Source: Mobula hypostoma
Taxonomy: Eukaryota
NCBI RefSeq assembly: GCF_963921235.1
Contig: NC_086109.1
Span: 15,936,001 to 16,000,000 of the forward strand
Direction: 5' to 3'
DNA: 64,000 nucleotides
Part shown: piece by piece, positions 35,120 through 46,754 of the stretch
Numbering within the stretch: the stretch's first letter is position 1
Layout of the letters: each line of letters starts with the position of its first letter
Notes under the pieces: model-generated
Databases searched by the model: none
What the model was told of the DNA's origin: nothing
What the model saw: only the letters and a program-made list of their open reading frames with translations
Program-made: the position numbers and the translations under genes

Positions 35120-36019
35120 ATGATACTGAGATCGGCTATGTCTAAGAACGGGAAAGACGGCAAGGATGGTAAACCTCCGGTTAAACCGAAAGCTACGGAT
35201 CTCCCTCCGACTGAATCACCGGTGACTTTGAAAGCGATATCGGAGTTAATTCAGAGGGAAATTTCAACCTCTGTTAGGGAGATGATTCGTACAGAAATTA
35301 TGGGCTTTGTTAAAGACCTGATTCATACGGAAATCTCAACTAAGTTCCAGAAAATTGCCGATTTAATTGATAAGATGCAAACATGTATTGCGGAACATCA
35401 GTCGGCTATATCTGATCTTCAAAAATCCGCGCAACAAAGTGAGCTTAAGATGGGGAAAGTCGAAGAAACAATTAATGTAATGAAGAAGAAACTTGACTTT
35501 TTGACTTTTAAAAACTCTGACTTGGAATCTAGAATGCGACGGCAGAATTTACGAATGATTGGCGTCAGGGAAGCCGTGGAAGCTAACAACCCTATGAAAT
35601 ATTTCTCCCAACTTTTAAAAGATGCATTCCCTACTGTATTTCCTGACCAACCACCGCTACTGGATCGTGTTCACAGAATCCCATCATACTCGTCTAGGTC
35701 AGATAGACCGAGGCATGTTATCTTACGTTTTCATTACTTTCAAGACAAGGAGAGACTGTTTCGATTCGCTCGATCTAAAGGTTTCATTGATTTTTCGGAT
35801 CTTAAGTTCCGATTCGTGGAAGATTTCAGTAAACCAATCTGGGACCAACGGGTCCGTTACAGATCCGTGATGTCGGAATTCTATAAGATGGATTTAAGAC
35901 CAGCGCTGCTGTACCCTGCACGTCTAAGGATTCGCATGTTAGATGGAGCCCTTCGTTTTTTTGATTCTCCATCGGATGCCCAGAGTTATCTGGATCAACT
36001 TTCATCTTCAACATCTTAA
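35120..36019 (+). CDS. L1 ORF1p nucleic-acid chaperone (coiled coil, RRM, CTD; Transposase_22-like)
   Basis: DLESRMRRQNLRMIGVRE, LDRVHR, PRHVILRF, EDFS and LLYPARLRI are typical L1 ORF1p motifs. Confidence 0.92.
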   Translation: MILRSAMSKNGKDGKDGKPPVKPKATDLPPTESPVTLKAISELIQREISTSVREMIRTEIMGFVKDLIHTEISTKFQKIADLIDKMQTCIAEHQSAISDLQKSAQQSELKMGKVEETINVMKKKLDFLTFKNSDLESRMRRQNLRMIGVREAVEANNPMKYFSQLLKDAFPTVFPDQPPLLDRVHRIPSYSSRSDRPRHVILRFHYFQDKERLFRFARSKGFIDFSDLKFRFVEDFSKPIWDQRVRYRSVMSEFYKMDLRPALLYPARLRIRMLDGALRFFDSPSDAQSYLDQLSSSTS

Positions 36020-36741
36020 TTGCCTTTTTTTAAATTTTCTCCGTTGATCGGAGGCTGTGAATTGGTTGGTTTTAACTTTTCTGTGCCCTATTTGGGCAGA
36101 AAAGTTTACTTTCGATTTCTTAATATGGCTGCTAAACTTTCTTTTTAACTGCGTCATTTCTTTCTTTTCCCAGGGGATTCTGAGTGGTTACTTCCCTTTT
36201 GTCATCTTACGTATTTCCTGTGCGGCCTTAAATTTTGTAGTTTTTTTTAAATTTTATTCTGTTTTGCTTTTTATAATCATTTTATGTTAATAATCCTATT
36301 TTTTTTTGTTGCTGTGTCTATTCATGAGTTTGAGGTTTATTGTGGTTTTTTTTTAATATATACTTTCCGGCTTTTGTTCTGTTCTGTGTGTATTTTAATT
36401 GAGCTAACTTTTTTTTACTTATTTTTTTACTGTTTTACAATTAGCTGACCCTTTTCATATTTATACCTTTTTTTTAGGGAGCGTATACCGGAAGTCATGG
36501 GGGTAGTTTTAGCGCTTGCTTCTTTCTGGCGGGTCTGCTTTAGATTTCGCCTTGGGGTCTTGGGGTGGGGGGTGGTGGGAGGGGCTTCACGTTTTAGTTT
36601 GTTTCTCTTTGGGCTATATACATTATTGAAGTATTGGTTGCGTCCTTTTCCCCGGTATCTTTTGTATGTTCTGTTTCCTCTCCGGGTTTGTGGGTCGCGC
36701 CTATTGTCAATCCTCCTTGTTATGGGTTGACTTTAGGATTT

Positions 36742-39700
36742 ATGGAGTCTATTATTAATTTTGTCTCCTGGAATACTAATGGTCTTAATCATCCTATTAA
36801 AAGGAAAAAAGTTTTTAAAGTGTTCCGGAGACTTAAAGCACAAATTTTATTTTTACAAGAGACCCATGTACGGAGGGGGGACAGACTACGTTTTTTCAAA
36901 TTCTGGAAGGGACAACAATTTCATTCGAACTCCAATGCTAAGATTCGAGGCGTCTCTATTTTTATAGACTCCTCAGTTACTTTTATACAACAGGATATTA
37001 TCTCTGATCCGAATGGTAGATTTTTACTGGTTAGTGGTTTACTATTTAATAAAAAAGTAGTTTTGGTTAATGTTTATGCTCCTAATATGGATTGTCCGGA
37101 ATTTTATAAATCATTGTTTGATCAGTTTCCGAATTTGAACGAGTTTTCATTGATTTGGGGCGGAGATCTTAATACCTGTTTATCTCCAGCTTTGGACCGT
37201 TCGGCTCCTTTACGGACTTTACCTAATAAATCTGCAAATTTGATTAATTTTTTCCTTTCTGATTCTGGGTCGACGGACATTTGGCGTTTTCTGCATCCTC
37301 AGGAAAAAGATTTTTCCTTCTTTTCACATGTTCATCATTCCTATTCAAGAATTGATTATTTTTTCATTGATTCTCGTCTCATTCCTTCAGTGATTAAATG
37401 TGATTATGATTCTATAACCATTTCGGATCATGCTCCACTTAAGCTTTCTATTAAAATTATGGCCAATATACCAAACAATAGACAATGGCGTTTTAATTCG
37501 CTGTTGCTTCAGGACTCGGACTTTGTTAATTTTATGAATGAACAGATTGAGCTTTTTTTTACAATTAACCATACAGAAGATATTTCGGTTAACACTCTTT
37601 GGGACACTTTTAAAGCCTATATTCGGGGTCAGATTATTTCGTATTCCGTTGCTTTGAGGAAGAAACAGAAGCAGGAGGAGATGGCAATTGTGGACAAGAT
37701 TAAAGAAATTGATAAGAAATATGTTATGGCTCCTTCTGAGGAGCTATACAAACAAAGAACTGAACTTCAAATGGAACACAGTTTACTACTCTCGTCCTCG
37801 ATTGTAAACCAATTAAAGAAAACAAGAAGTGATTTTTATGTTCACAGTGATAAAATTGGCAAGCTGCTGGCTAATCAATTGAAATCTAATTATGTTAAAT
37901 CTCAAATCAATCAGATTTATAACCAAAATGATCGATTGATATTGGATCATGTGGGGATTAATCAAACCTTTTGTGATTTTTATTCTTCTTTATATCAATC
38001 AGAGTCTCCTCGAGATTCTAAATATATGAATGATTTTTTAGATAAGTTAGACTTCCCTCAGATTTCACAGGATATGTCTTCTTTATTAGATACTTCCATT
38101 ACAATGATTGAGATTAAGAATGTTATTTTTTCTATGAATCTGGGGAAAGCTCCTGGCCCTGATGGGTTTACCGTTGAATTTTATAAATGTTTTGCTTCTT
38201 TATTGATTCCTTGGCTCTATAAGGTTTTTGAGGCTTCTTTGAAACTTGGTAAACTTCCGGAATCTTTTAATAGAGCATCAATTTCTTTAATACTAAAGAA
38301 GGATAAAGACCCTGCTCAATGTGCATCTTATAGACCAATATCTTTATTAAATGTTGATTCTAAAGTTTTTTCTAAGTTATTAGCAAATAGACTAGAAAAA
38401 GTACTTCCTTCTATTATTTCGGAAGACCAAACGGGTTTTATTAAAGGTCGTTACTCTTTTTATAATATTCGTACATTGTTAAATATCGTTTATACTCCCT
38501 CACAAAATGTTCCTGAGTGTGTTATTTCTTTAGATGCCGAGAAAGCTTTTGATAGAGTAGAATGGCCTTATTTATTTAAGGTGCTTGAAATGTTTAATTT
38601 TAGCTTGAAATTTATATCCTGGATTAAACTGTTATATCACTCCCCTGTAGCCTCGGTTCGTACTAACTCCTTAAACTCACCTTTTTTTCCTCTCTTTCGT
38701 GGTACTCGACAAGGCTGTCCTCTTAGTCCCCTATTATTTGATATTGCATTAGAACCTCTTGCAATTGCTATTCGAGAATCTTCAAATATTACTGGGATAA
38801 CTCGGGGATTAAAGTCCCATAAATTATCACTCTATGCTGATGATTTACTTTTATATATTTCTAATCCTGAGAGATCCATTCCTGCTGTTTTAGAGTTATT
38901 AGCACAATTTGGTCTTTTCTCAGGTTATAAATTAAATCTTAGTAAGAGTGAACTTTTTCCGATTAATAAACATCTTCCCTTATATTATAAATTTCCATTT
39001 AAATTGATTAATAATTACTTTTCATATCTTGGGATTAAAATTACTTGTAAACATAAAGATTTATTTAAGACTAACTTTTTACCATTAATAGACCATATTA
39101 CTCAACTTTCATCTAAATGGTTTCCCTTATATTTAACTTTGATTGGTCGTATTAATGCAGTTAAGATGTTTTTTTTGCCAAAATTTTTATATGTGTTTCA
39201 GGCATTACCAATTTTCGTTCCTAAATCTTTTTTTGATAAAGTTGACTCTAAAATTTCTTCATTTATTTGGCAGAATAAGAATCCGAGACTGGGTAAAATA
39301 CATTTACAGAAAGCTAAGAGAGATGGAGGTTTAGCATTACCTAACTTTAGATTTTATTATTGGGCTATTAATATTCGACATATGAAATTTTGGTTACTTG
39401 ACCGGGACATACTATCTATTCCTAAATGGGTAGCATTGGAATTACAATCTGTTCAGGGTTATACACTTGGTTCTATTTTAGGTTCCTCTCTTCCTTTTGA
39501 TTCGAAACGCCTTAAGCAGGTCTCTAACCCGATAGTTAAATATGCTTTGCGCATTTGGTTTCAATTCAGAAAATTTTTTGATCTTAATCAATTCGGGTTA
39601 GCGATTCCTATTTTAGGCAACATATTTTTTCCTCCCTCTTTTACGGATCGCGCTTTTCAAACTTGGAAGACTAAGGGTATTTTACGGTTTTTGGATTTAT

Positions 39701-40518
39701 TTTTAGATGGTTCCCTTATGTCTTTTGAACAATTATCTAATAAATATAACTTATCAAGAATACATTTTTTTAGATATTTACAAGTTAGAAATTTCCTAAG
39801 TACTATACTTTCTTCCTTTCCAATGCTTCCTCCTATATATATTTTAGATTCGATAATTAACCTTAATCCATGTCAGAAAGGTGCATCGGCTATGATTTAT
39901 AATATTATTATGAAACTTAGGAAAGCTCCATTTGATAAGATTAGGGTAGATTGGGAACAGGAATTGGGGCTTACCATTTCTGTGGATGATTGGGGGCAGA
40001 TTTTACAATTAGTTAATACTTCCTCTATTTGTGCTAAACATTCCCTAATTCAATTTAAAGTGGTTCATAGAGCACATATGTCCAAAGATAAGTTAGCGCG
40101 TTTTTACTCGCATATTAATCCTTTCTGTGATAGATGTTCGGGGCAGATAGCCTCTTTAACTCATATGTTTTGGTCTTGCCCTACTTTGGAAACTTTTTGG
40201 AGAGATATTTTCAATATTATTTCTAAGGTATTAAATATAGATATCTCTCCTCACCCTATTACTGCTATCTTTGGACTACCTAAAATTTCTAGTAATCTTT
40301 CCCCTTCAGCCCGTAGAATGATTGCATTTCTTACTTTAATGGCGAAAAGATGTATTTTACAACATTGGAAAGAGCTTAATGCTCCAACTACCTTTTTTTG
40401 GTTTTCTCAGACGATTTTATGTTTGAATCTGGAGAAAATTAGAAGTAACCTTTATGATTCTTCATTTAAATTTGAACAGATTTGGGGACCTTTTATTCGA
40501 TATTTTCATTTAATGTAA
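36742..40518 (+). CDS. L1 ORF2p: APE endonuclease, reverse transcriptase and CCHC knuckle (1258 aa)
   Basis: SWNTNGL, FLQET, NVYAPN, GGDLN, SRIDYF, SDH, KAPGPDG, YRPISLLN, LDAEKAFD, RQGCPLSP, YADD, CDRC..HMFWSC. No stops. First ATG is at 36742. Confidence 0.96.
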   Translation: MESIINFVSWNTNGLNHPIKRKKVFKVFRRLKAQILFLQETHVRRGDRLRFFKFWKGQQFHSNSNAKIRGVSIFIDSSVTFIQQDIISDPNGRFLLVSGLLFNKKVVLVNVYAPNMDCPEFYKSLFDQFPNLNEFSLIWGGDLNTCLSPALDRSAPLRTLPNKSANLINFFLSDSGSTDIWRFLHPQEKDFSFFSHVHHSYSRIDYFFIDSRLIPSVIKCDYDSITISDHAPLKLSIKIMANIPNNRQWRFNSLLLQDSDFVNFMNEQIELFFTINHTEDISVNTLWDTFKAYIRGQIISYSVALRKKQKQEEMAIVDKIKEIDKKYVMAPSEELYKQRTELQMEHSLLLSSSIVNQLKKTRSDFYVHSDKIGKLLANQLKSNYVKSQINQIYNQNDRLILDHVGINQTFCDFYSSLYQSESPRDSKYMNDFLDKLDFPQISQDMSSLLDTSITMIEIKNVIFSMNLGKAPGPDGFTVEFYKCFASLLIPWLYKVFEASLKLGKLPESFNRASISLILKKDKDPAQCASYRPISLLNVDSKVFSKLLANRLEKVLPSIISEDQTGFIKGRYSFYNIRTLLNIVYTPSQNVPECVISLDAEKAFDRVEWPYLFKVLEMFNFSLKFISWIKLLYHSPVASVRTNSLNSPFFPLFRGTRQGCPLSPLLFDIALEPLAIAIRESSNITGITRGLKSHKLSLYADDLLLYISNPERSIPAVLELLAQFGLFSGYKLNLSKSELFPINKHLPLYYKFPFKLINNYFSYLGIKITCKHKDLFKTNFLPLIDHITQLSSKWFPLYLTLIGRINAVKMFFLPKFLYVFQALPIFVPKSFFDKVDSKISSFIWQNKNPRLGKIHLQKAKRDGGLALPNFRFYYWAINIRHMKFWLLDRDILSIPKWVALELQSVQGYTLGSILGSSLPFDSKRLKQVSNPIVKYALRIWFQFRKFFDLNQFGLAIPILGNIFFPPSFTDRAFQTWKTKGILRFLDLFLDGSLMSFEQLSNKYNLSRIHFFRYLQVRNFLSTILSSFPMLPPIYILDSIINLNPCQKGASAMIYNIIMKLRKAPFDKIRVDWEQELGLTISVDDWGQILQLVNTSSICAKHSLIQFKVVHRAHMSKDKLARFYSHINPFCDRCSGQIASLTHMFWSCPTLETFWRDIFNIISKVLNIDISPHPITAIFGLPKISSNLSPSARRMIAFLTLMAKRCILQHWKELNAPTTFFWFSQTILCLNLEKIRSNLYDSSFKFEQIWGPFIRYFHLM

Positions 40519-41735
40519 TATTTACCCTTCTTGTTTTTTTTTCACTGTTTTAATGGAGGTCGGGATTGAGGACGTGATTTTAAGTTTAACTCTGTTTGGT
40601 TTCAAGTTAGCCCATTGCTTTGCTTTGCTTTTAGGTAGTTGCACGGTGGGTTTTTTTTTGGGGGTTTTTTTTTTCTTTTTTTTTTCCATTGATATATATA
40701 AAATCTAGTATACTATTATGTTATCTTGGTTTCTTATGCTTAAATTACATTGTTTGTAGTATTTTCTTTTTGGTATTGTTATCTTTTGGAATTTTATTGT
40801 ACTTTAACATTGTATTAATGTTTATATGGCTTACCTTTTTTGTATACTTACTCAATAAAAAGATTTAAAAAGAAAAAGAAAAGAAAAAGATTCCCAGATT
40901 GCCTCCTGGGTGCCTGGGTCAGGGACATCTCGGATCAGCTCCAACAACATGTGTAGACGGGGTGACAAGCTCCTGTAAAGTGAGCTCAGGGAGTTAGGTG
41001 CTAAGTTAAAGAACAGGACCTCCAGGTTTGTGATCTCAAGATTGCTACCCATGCCACATGCTAGGGAGGCCCGAAATAGAAAGATCATACAGCTGAACAG
41101 GTGGTTAAAGAGATGGTGCTGAACGGAGGGCTTCAGACTTTTTTTCATTATGCTCTCTTCCAGGGAAGGTGGGACCTGCACAGAAGAGGCAGTTTGCACA
41201 TGAACTGGAGGGGGACTAATATCCCAGCAGGAAGATTTGATAGTGCTGTATGGTGAGGTTTAAACTAGAGCTGCAGGGCAATGGGAACCAGAGCATGAGA
41301 GCACATAATGGAATATTTCTGGCGAACGACATTGTTAAGCCTAATGTTCTGCTAGGATCATGAGACTAATGTTCTGAGTTGCATTTATTTCAATGCAAGG
41401 AGTATTGTAGGAAAGGCAGATGAGCTCAGAGCCTGGATCAGCATGTGGAATTATGACATTATAGCTATTCGTGAGGCTTGGTTTCAGGAGGGTCAGCTCA
41501 TTGTTCTGTGGTTCCACGCTTTGGATGTGATGGATGTGGAGAGATTAAAGGGAGAGGATTGGCTTTACTGGTCGGGGAAAATATCACATCAGTGCTCAAT
41601 CAGGACAGACTGGAGAGCTCATCTAGAGAGGCTTTGTGGGTAGAAACGAGGAATAAGAAAGGTATGACCACATTATCTGTATTATATTGTAGACCACGCA
41701 ATAATCTGTGGGATTTAGAGAAGCAAATTTGTAGA

Positions 41736-42117
41736 CTCACAATACGCTGGAGGAACTCAGCAGGTCGGGCAGCATCAGTGGAAATGATGAGTCGACGTTC
41801 AGGCCGGAACCCTTCGTCAGGACTGAAGAAAGAAGGTGGGGGAGGGTTGGAAGAAGGCTCGTAGTTTCAGTTGAAGAACCAGTAATTTGAAAGACAACGG
41901 GATGGGGGAGGGGAAGCAGGGGTGTCATAGGCAGGAAAACAATGGGTAGTAGAAGAAGGAGGCGGAACCATGAGGGAGGTGATAGGCAGCTGGGGAAAGT
42001 GAAATGGGCAGAGTGAAATAGGGATAGAGGAAGGGAGGGGGAGTGAATTACTGGAAGTTGGAGAATTCTTTTTTGAGTGTTGCTTTGATCCCAGCATCTG
42101 CAGATTATTTTGTGTTT
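41736..42117. mobile_element. Penelope-like insertion with inversion and perfect 14-bp TSD
   Basis: TSD agcaaatttgtaga (41722-41735 and 42118-42131). Minus-strand terminus with a hammerhead-like motif (~41790-41824, one A missing from GAAA), then a short plus-strand terminal piece. Confidence 0.85.
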
Positions 42118-45100
42118 AGCAAATTTGTAGAGATTGTTGACTGTTGCAAGAAACCAAGGTTATGGTGGTAGGTGATTTTAACTTTCCACATTTTGACTGG
42201 GACTCCAATACTGTAAAAGGGTTGCATGGGAAAGTGTTTGCCATGTGTTCATGAAAGTTTCCTTAATCAGTACATAGAAGCCCCAGCTAGAGAGAGTGTG
42301 ATACTTGATCTTCTATTAGGAATGAGAAAGGTCAGGTGACAGAAGTTTGTGTCTGGGAACACTTTACATCTAGTGATCATAATGCCATTAATTTCAATGT
42401 AATTATGGAAAAGGATAGGTCTGGTCCCTGGATTGAGATTATAAATTGGGATTTTTGTGATATCAGAACGGATCTGGCAAGTGTGGATCAGGACAGGATG
42501 TCTCTGGCAAAGGTATACGTGGTAAATGGGAGGCCTTCATATGTGAAATTTTGAGAGTATAGAGTTTGTATGTGGCTGTCAGAATAAAAGGCAACAATAA
42601 GAGGTACAGGGAATCTTGGTTTTTGAGAGATATTGAGGCACTGGTTAGTAAAAAGAAGGAGGTGCATAGCAGGTATAGCGTGGTAGGATCAAATAAGCTA
42701 CTTGAGGGGTATAAGAAATGCAAGAGAATTCTTAAGAAGAACATCAGGAGAGCTAAAAGAAGGCATGCGGTTGCTTCAGCAGACAAGGTGAAGGAAGATC
42801 CTAAGGGATTCTGCAGATATATTAAGAGCAAAAGGATAGCAAGGGACAAAATAGGTCCTTTCGAACATCAGAGTGGTAATCTAGGCATGGAGCCAAAAGC
42901 GGTAGGGGAGATGTTAAATGGATTTTTTGCATCTGTATTTACTTGGGAGATGAGCACTGAGTCTATAGAGGTGAGACAAAGCAACAACAATGTCATGACC
43001 CTTATATGGATTACAGAGGAGGAGCCATTTTACTGTCTTGAGGCAAATTAGGGTGGAAAAATTCCCAGGGCCTGACAAAGTGTTCCCTTGGACCCTGTGG
43101 GAGGCTAGTGCAGAAATTGCAGGGGCCCTAGAAGAGATATTTAAAATATCCTTAGCCATGGGTGAAGTGCTGGAGGAATAGAGGATAGGTAATGTTGTTC
43201 TGTTGCTTAAGGCTCTAAGAATAAGCCAGGAAATTACAGGCCAGTGAGCCTGACATCAGTAGTGGAAAGTTATTGGAAGGTATTCTAAGGAACCATACTT
43301 GTAAATATTTTGATAGACAGGGACTGATTAAAGATAGTCAACACGGCTTTGTGCATGGCAGGTCATGTCTAACCAATCTTACAGAGATTGTTTGAGGAAA
43401 TTACCTGCAAAGTTAATGAAGGCAAGTCAGTGGATATTGTCCATTTGGACTTTCGCAAGGCCTTTGGCAGAGTCTGGCATGGGAGGTTCAGTTGCTTGGC
43501 ATTCGAGATGAGGTAGTAAATTGGATTAGACGTTGGCTTCCTGGGAGACGCCAGAGAGTGGTAGTAGACAGCTGCTTCTCTGATTTGAGGACTGTGTGCT
43601 GCAGAGATCGGTGCTGGGACCATTGCTGTTTGTTATCTATATCAACAATCTGGGTGATAATTTGGTTAACTGGATCAGCAAATTTGTAGATGACACCAAG
43701 ATTGGGAATTTAGTGGACAGCGAGGAAGAATATTGAATCTTGCAGCAGGATCTGGACCAGCTGGAAAAATGGGCTAAAAAATGACAGATGGAATATAATG
43801 AATACAAGTGTGAAGACAGGTGGAGGATCATCCAGGGTAGGTCTTACAAGGTGAGCGGAGGGCACTAAGGTGTGTGGTAGAGCAGAGGGATCTGGGAATA
43901 CAGATCGATAGCTCCTTGAAAGTGGTGCCGCAGGTAGATAGGGTCGTAAAGAAAGCTTTTGGCACATTGGCCTTCATAAGTCAATGTACTGAGTACAGAA
44001 ATTAGGATGTTATGTTCAAATTGTTTAAGATGGTGGTGAGGCCTAATTTGGAGTAATATGTCCAATTTTGGTCACCCACCTGTAGGAAAGATGTCAATAA
44101 GATTGAAAGAGTGCAGAGAAAATTTCCAAGAATGTTGCCAGGACTGGAGGACCTGAGTTACAGAGAAAGATTGAGTAGGTTTGGACTTGATTCCCTAGAA
44201 CACAGAAGATTGAGGGGAGATTTGATAGACGGATACAAAATTATGAGAGGTATAGATAAGGTAAATGTAAGCAGGGTTTTTCCACTGAGGTTGAGTGAGA
44301 CTACAACTAGGGGTTAAGGGTAAAATGTGAAATGTTTAACAGGATCATGAGGGGGATCTTTTTCATTCACAGAGTGTGGAACGAGCTGCAGCGAAAGTGG
44401 TGGATGAGGGTTTGATTTCAACATTTAAGAGAAATTTAGATAGATACCTGGATTGTCGGGTTATGGAGGGCTATGACCCAGATGCAGATCAATGAGACTA
44501 GGCAGATTAATGGTTTGGCACTGACTAGATGGGCTGAAGGACCTGTTTCTGTGCTGTAGTGTCCTGTGACTCTATAACTTTAATAGTTCGGCACAGACTA
44601 GATTGGCTAGAGGGCCTGTTTCTGTGCTGAATGACTCCATGAAGGGAAAACACGAGAAAGCCAACAAAATCAGAAAATTCTGTAAGAAGTCAAAGCAGCA
44701 CACTCAATTCCACTCCATCCACTCCTTGAACATTTCCACCACCTGCTACAACATGGCTGCAGTAGTCACTATCTACATAGCTGCATTGCAGCCCTTCACA
44801 ACACGTTTTTGATTCCACCTCCCTAACCCTGTGCCTTCTCCCACTTAGGTGACAGCATCAGGCACAGGATTACACCATCCCGACTTGGAAATACTTTGCT
44901 GCTCCTTCACCCTCATTCAATCAAAACACCCAGATTCCCACTGTCACCGCATGATGGGCTGCAATGGATTACAAAGGTAGTTCACCATCAGTTTCCTGAA
45001 GACAATTAAATGATGGCAACAAATATTATCTCGCCAGTGATGCCCAGATCTTGTGAGTGAGTTAGTTAAAAGAAAATCAACTCTGTCATCCAACTTGCTC

Positions 45101-45439
45101 CTCTCTGACTGCTCCAGCTTTATAGACAGTTCTTGGAAATATCTTGATTCTTTTACATTCACTGAAGTTTCTACAGCAGTAGAAAATGTTTTCCTTCTAT
45201 TTTCCACTTCTCAGCTGTGGCGTTTTACCCCGACCTTGTCAAGGTCGCTTATCCTGCAATCACTGACATAGTCAACCAAGATTAGATGGAAGGTAACAGC
45301 TGATCACCTTTTATGATCTTAGTTTGATGTAAAGAATTTTTCATGCTGCAGATCGCACAACAATTTCTGCTTGCCTACTCTGTTGCTTCTATTTCAGCAG
45401 GTTCTCACTTTCAAATCTTTGATGGAACTAAGATGACTG

Positions 45440-46182
45440 CGGTCACCATTCAGGCCCCCAAACTGCCCTTACAGGTGAAGCAACAATTCACCGGTAATTC
45501 TGTCAGGGTCATCTACTGCATCTGGTGGTCCCAGTGCAGCCTCCTCTATATGGTGAGACCCGGTGTTGATTGTGGGACTGTTTCATCAAGCGCCTTTGCT
45601 CAGTCTGCTACGAAAGTGGGACTTTCCCGGTGGTCACCCGCTTTAATTCTATTTCCCATTCCCAATTCCAACGGGCTCCCATACTCCCACATCAAGGCCA
45701 CTCTCAGGCTGAAGAAACAGCACCTCATTTTCTCTTCTGGATAGTGTATAACCTGACAGCGTGAACATTGATTTTTCTAACTTCTGGTAATGTTTCCCCC
45801 CTCTCCTTCTCTCTTTTCCCATCTCCCCTTTCTGGTTCTCCTCTTAACCCTGCTCTTTCCCTCACCTGCCCATCATCTCCCTCTGATGACCCTTCTCCTT
45901 CTCTTTCTCCCTTGGTCCACTCTGCTCTCCTGTCAGATTATTTCTTCGGCCGTTCACCTCTCCCATCTATTCCTTCCCATTTTCTTACCTTCTCCCATCC
46001 ACCTACCTTTAAAACCTCTCACTGGTTTCACTTTTCACTTGTGCCTTGTACTCCTTCCCCACCCCCACTTTCTTATTCTGTTTTCTTCCCCCTTCCTTTC
46101 CAGTCCTGATGAAGGCTTTCAGCCCAAAACATCAACTCTCCATAGATACTTCCTCACCTGCTGTGTTGTTCCTGCATTTTGT
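45440..46182 (+). mobile_element. Penelope-like 3' fragment (GIY-YIG relic)
   Basis: QVKQQFT..VIYCIW.SQCSLLY.., PVVTRFNS and LRLKKQHLIF, followed by a pyrimidine tract and a decayed hammerhead near 46102-46138. Confidence 0.8.
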
Positions 46183-46754
46183 CCTCATCGACTCTGGTTC
46201 AAGGGTCTGAAAGGAGCTGCCAGTGTTCATTAGCTCCTGGGTAAACATGTTCCAGGCCTGGTGTGATACTGAGTGATGCCTACTGGTGTGACCTGTCATT
46301 CCATTCTGTCAATAGGATATCATGTGAACTCTAGTGGTGGAACTCCATTGCTCCAAAATAAGGCTGTTTTATGAGTTAATTGTGCCAAATACTCAAGGCA
46401 GCATTAAAATTCTTTCTCTTAACTGGGGTCCAATACACAGTTCCTCCAAATTGGCATAATAATTTGCTGATACTTCATGACATTGACATTTATTGGATCA
46501 TCACTATTATTTTGTGACTAGTTATTTTTTTCAGAAAGAAAGTCATTCCCTCTTTTACCCTTTTCGTTGTGCCCTGAGGGATTCAATCTCAGAGCCGTGA
46601 CTCTGGAGGTGCAAACACTTCAATTGAGCAGAGTATTTGCCATGGGAGCCACCTGAAGCAACTCCATACCTGTTCCCAGACGAATGGAAGCCAAGCTCCA
46701 TCATTCCCCAGTCAACCTCCCCCCAAAATTCCGTCTCACCTCCTGACATACTCA

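Larger units (their letters stand above)
34962..40886 (+). mobile_element. Full-length L1-clade non-LTR retrotransposon (~5.9 kb), both ORFs open
   Basis: 5' UTR starting near gacttccggt, ORF1, a 722-nt spacer, ORF2, 3' UTR, AATAAA at 40854-40859 and an A-rich tail. TSD aagaacaagattccc (34947-34961) / aagaaaaagattccc (40881-40895). Confidence 0.93.
34460..44575 (+). mobile_element. Old full-length CR1 (34460-34961 plus 40887-44575), split by the L1 and a Penelope-like insert
   Basis: ORF1 zinc finger VECSSCGMW..CKKC at 34635. The esterase resumes after the L1 (CLLGA). Decayed endonuclease and RT, with a gtgactcta tail. Confidence 0.88.

Noticed and set aside
36634..36741. 36-aa N-terminal extension of L1 ORF2 in the ORF track
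   Set aside because: It starts at a non-ATG codon. Endonuclease homology begins just after the ATG at 36742.
44944..45207. Protein-like minus-strand ORF (ENRRKTFSTAVETS..)
   Set aside because: No recognisable family, no convincing splice sites, and it runs into an old LINE 3' relic.
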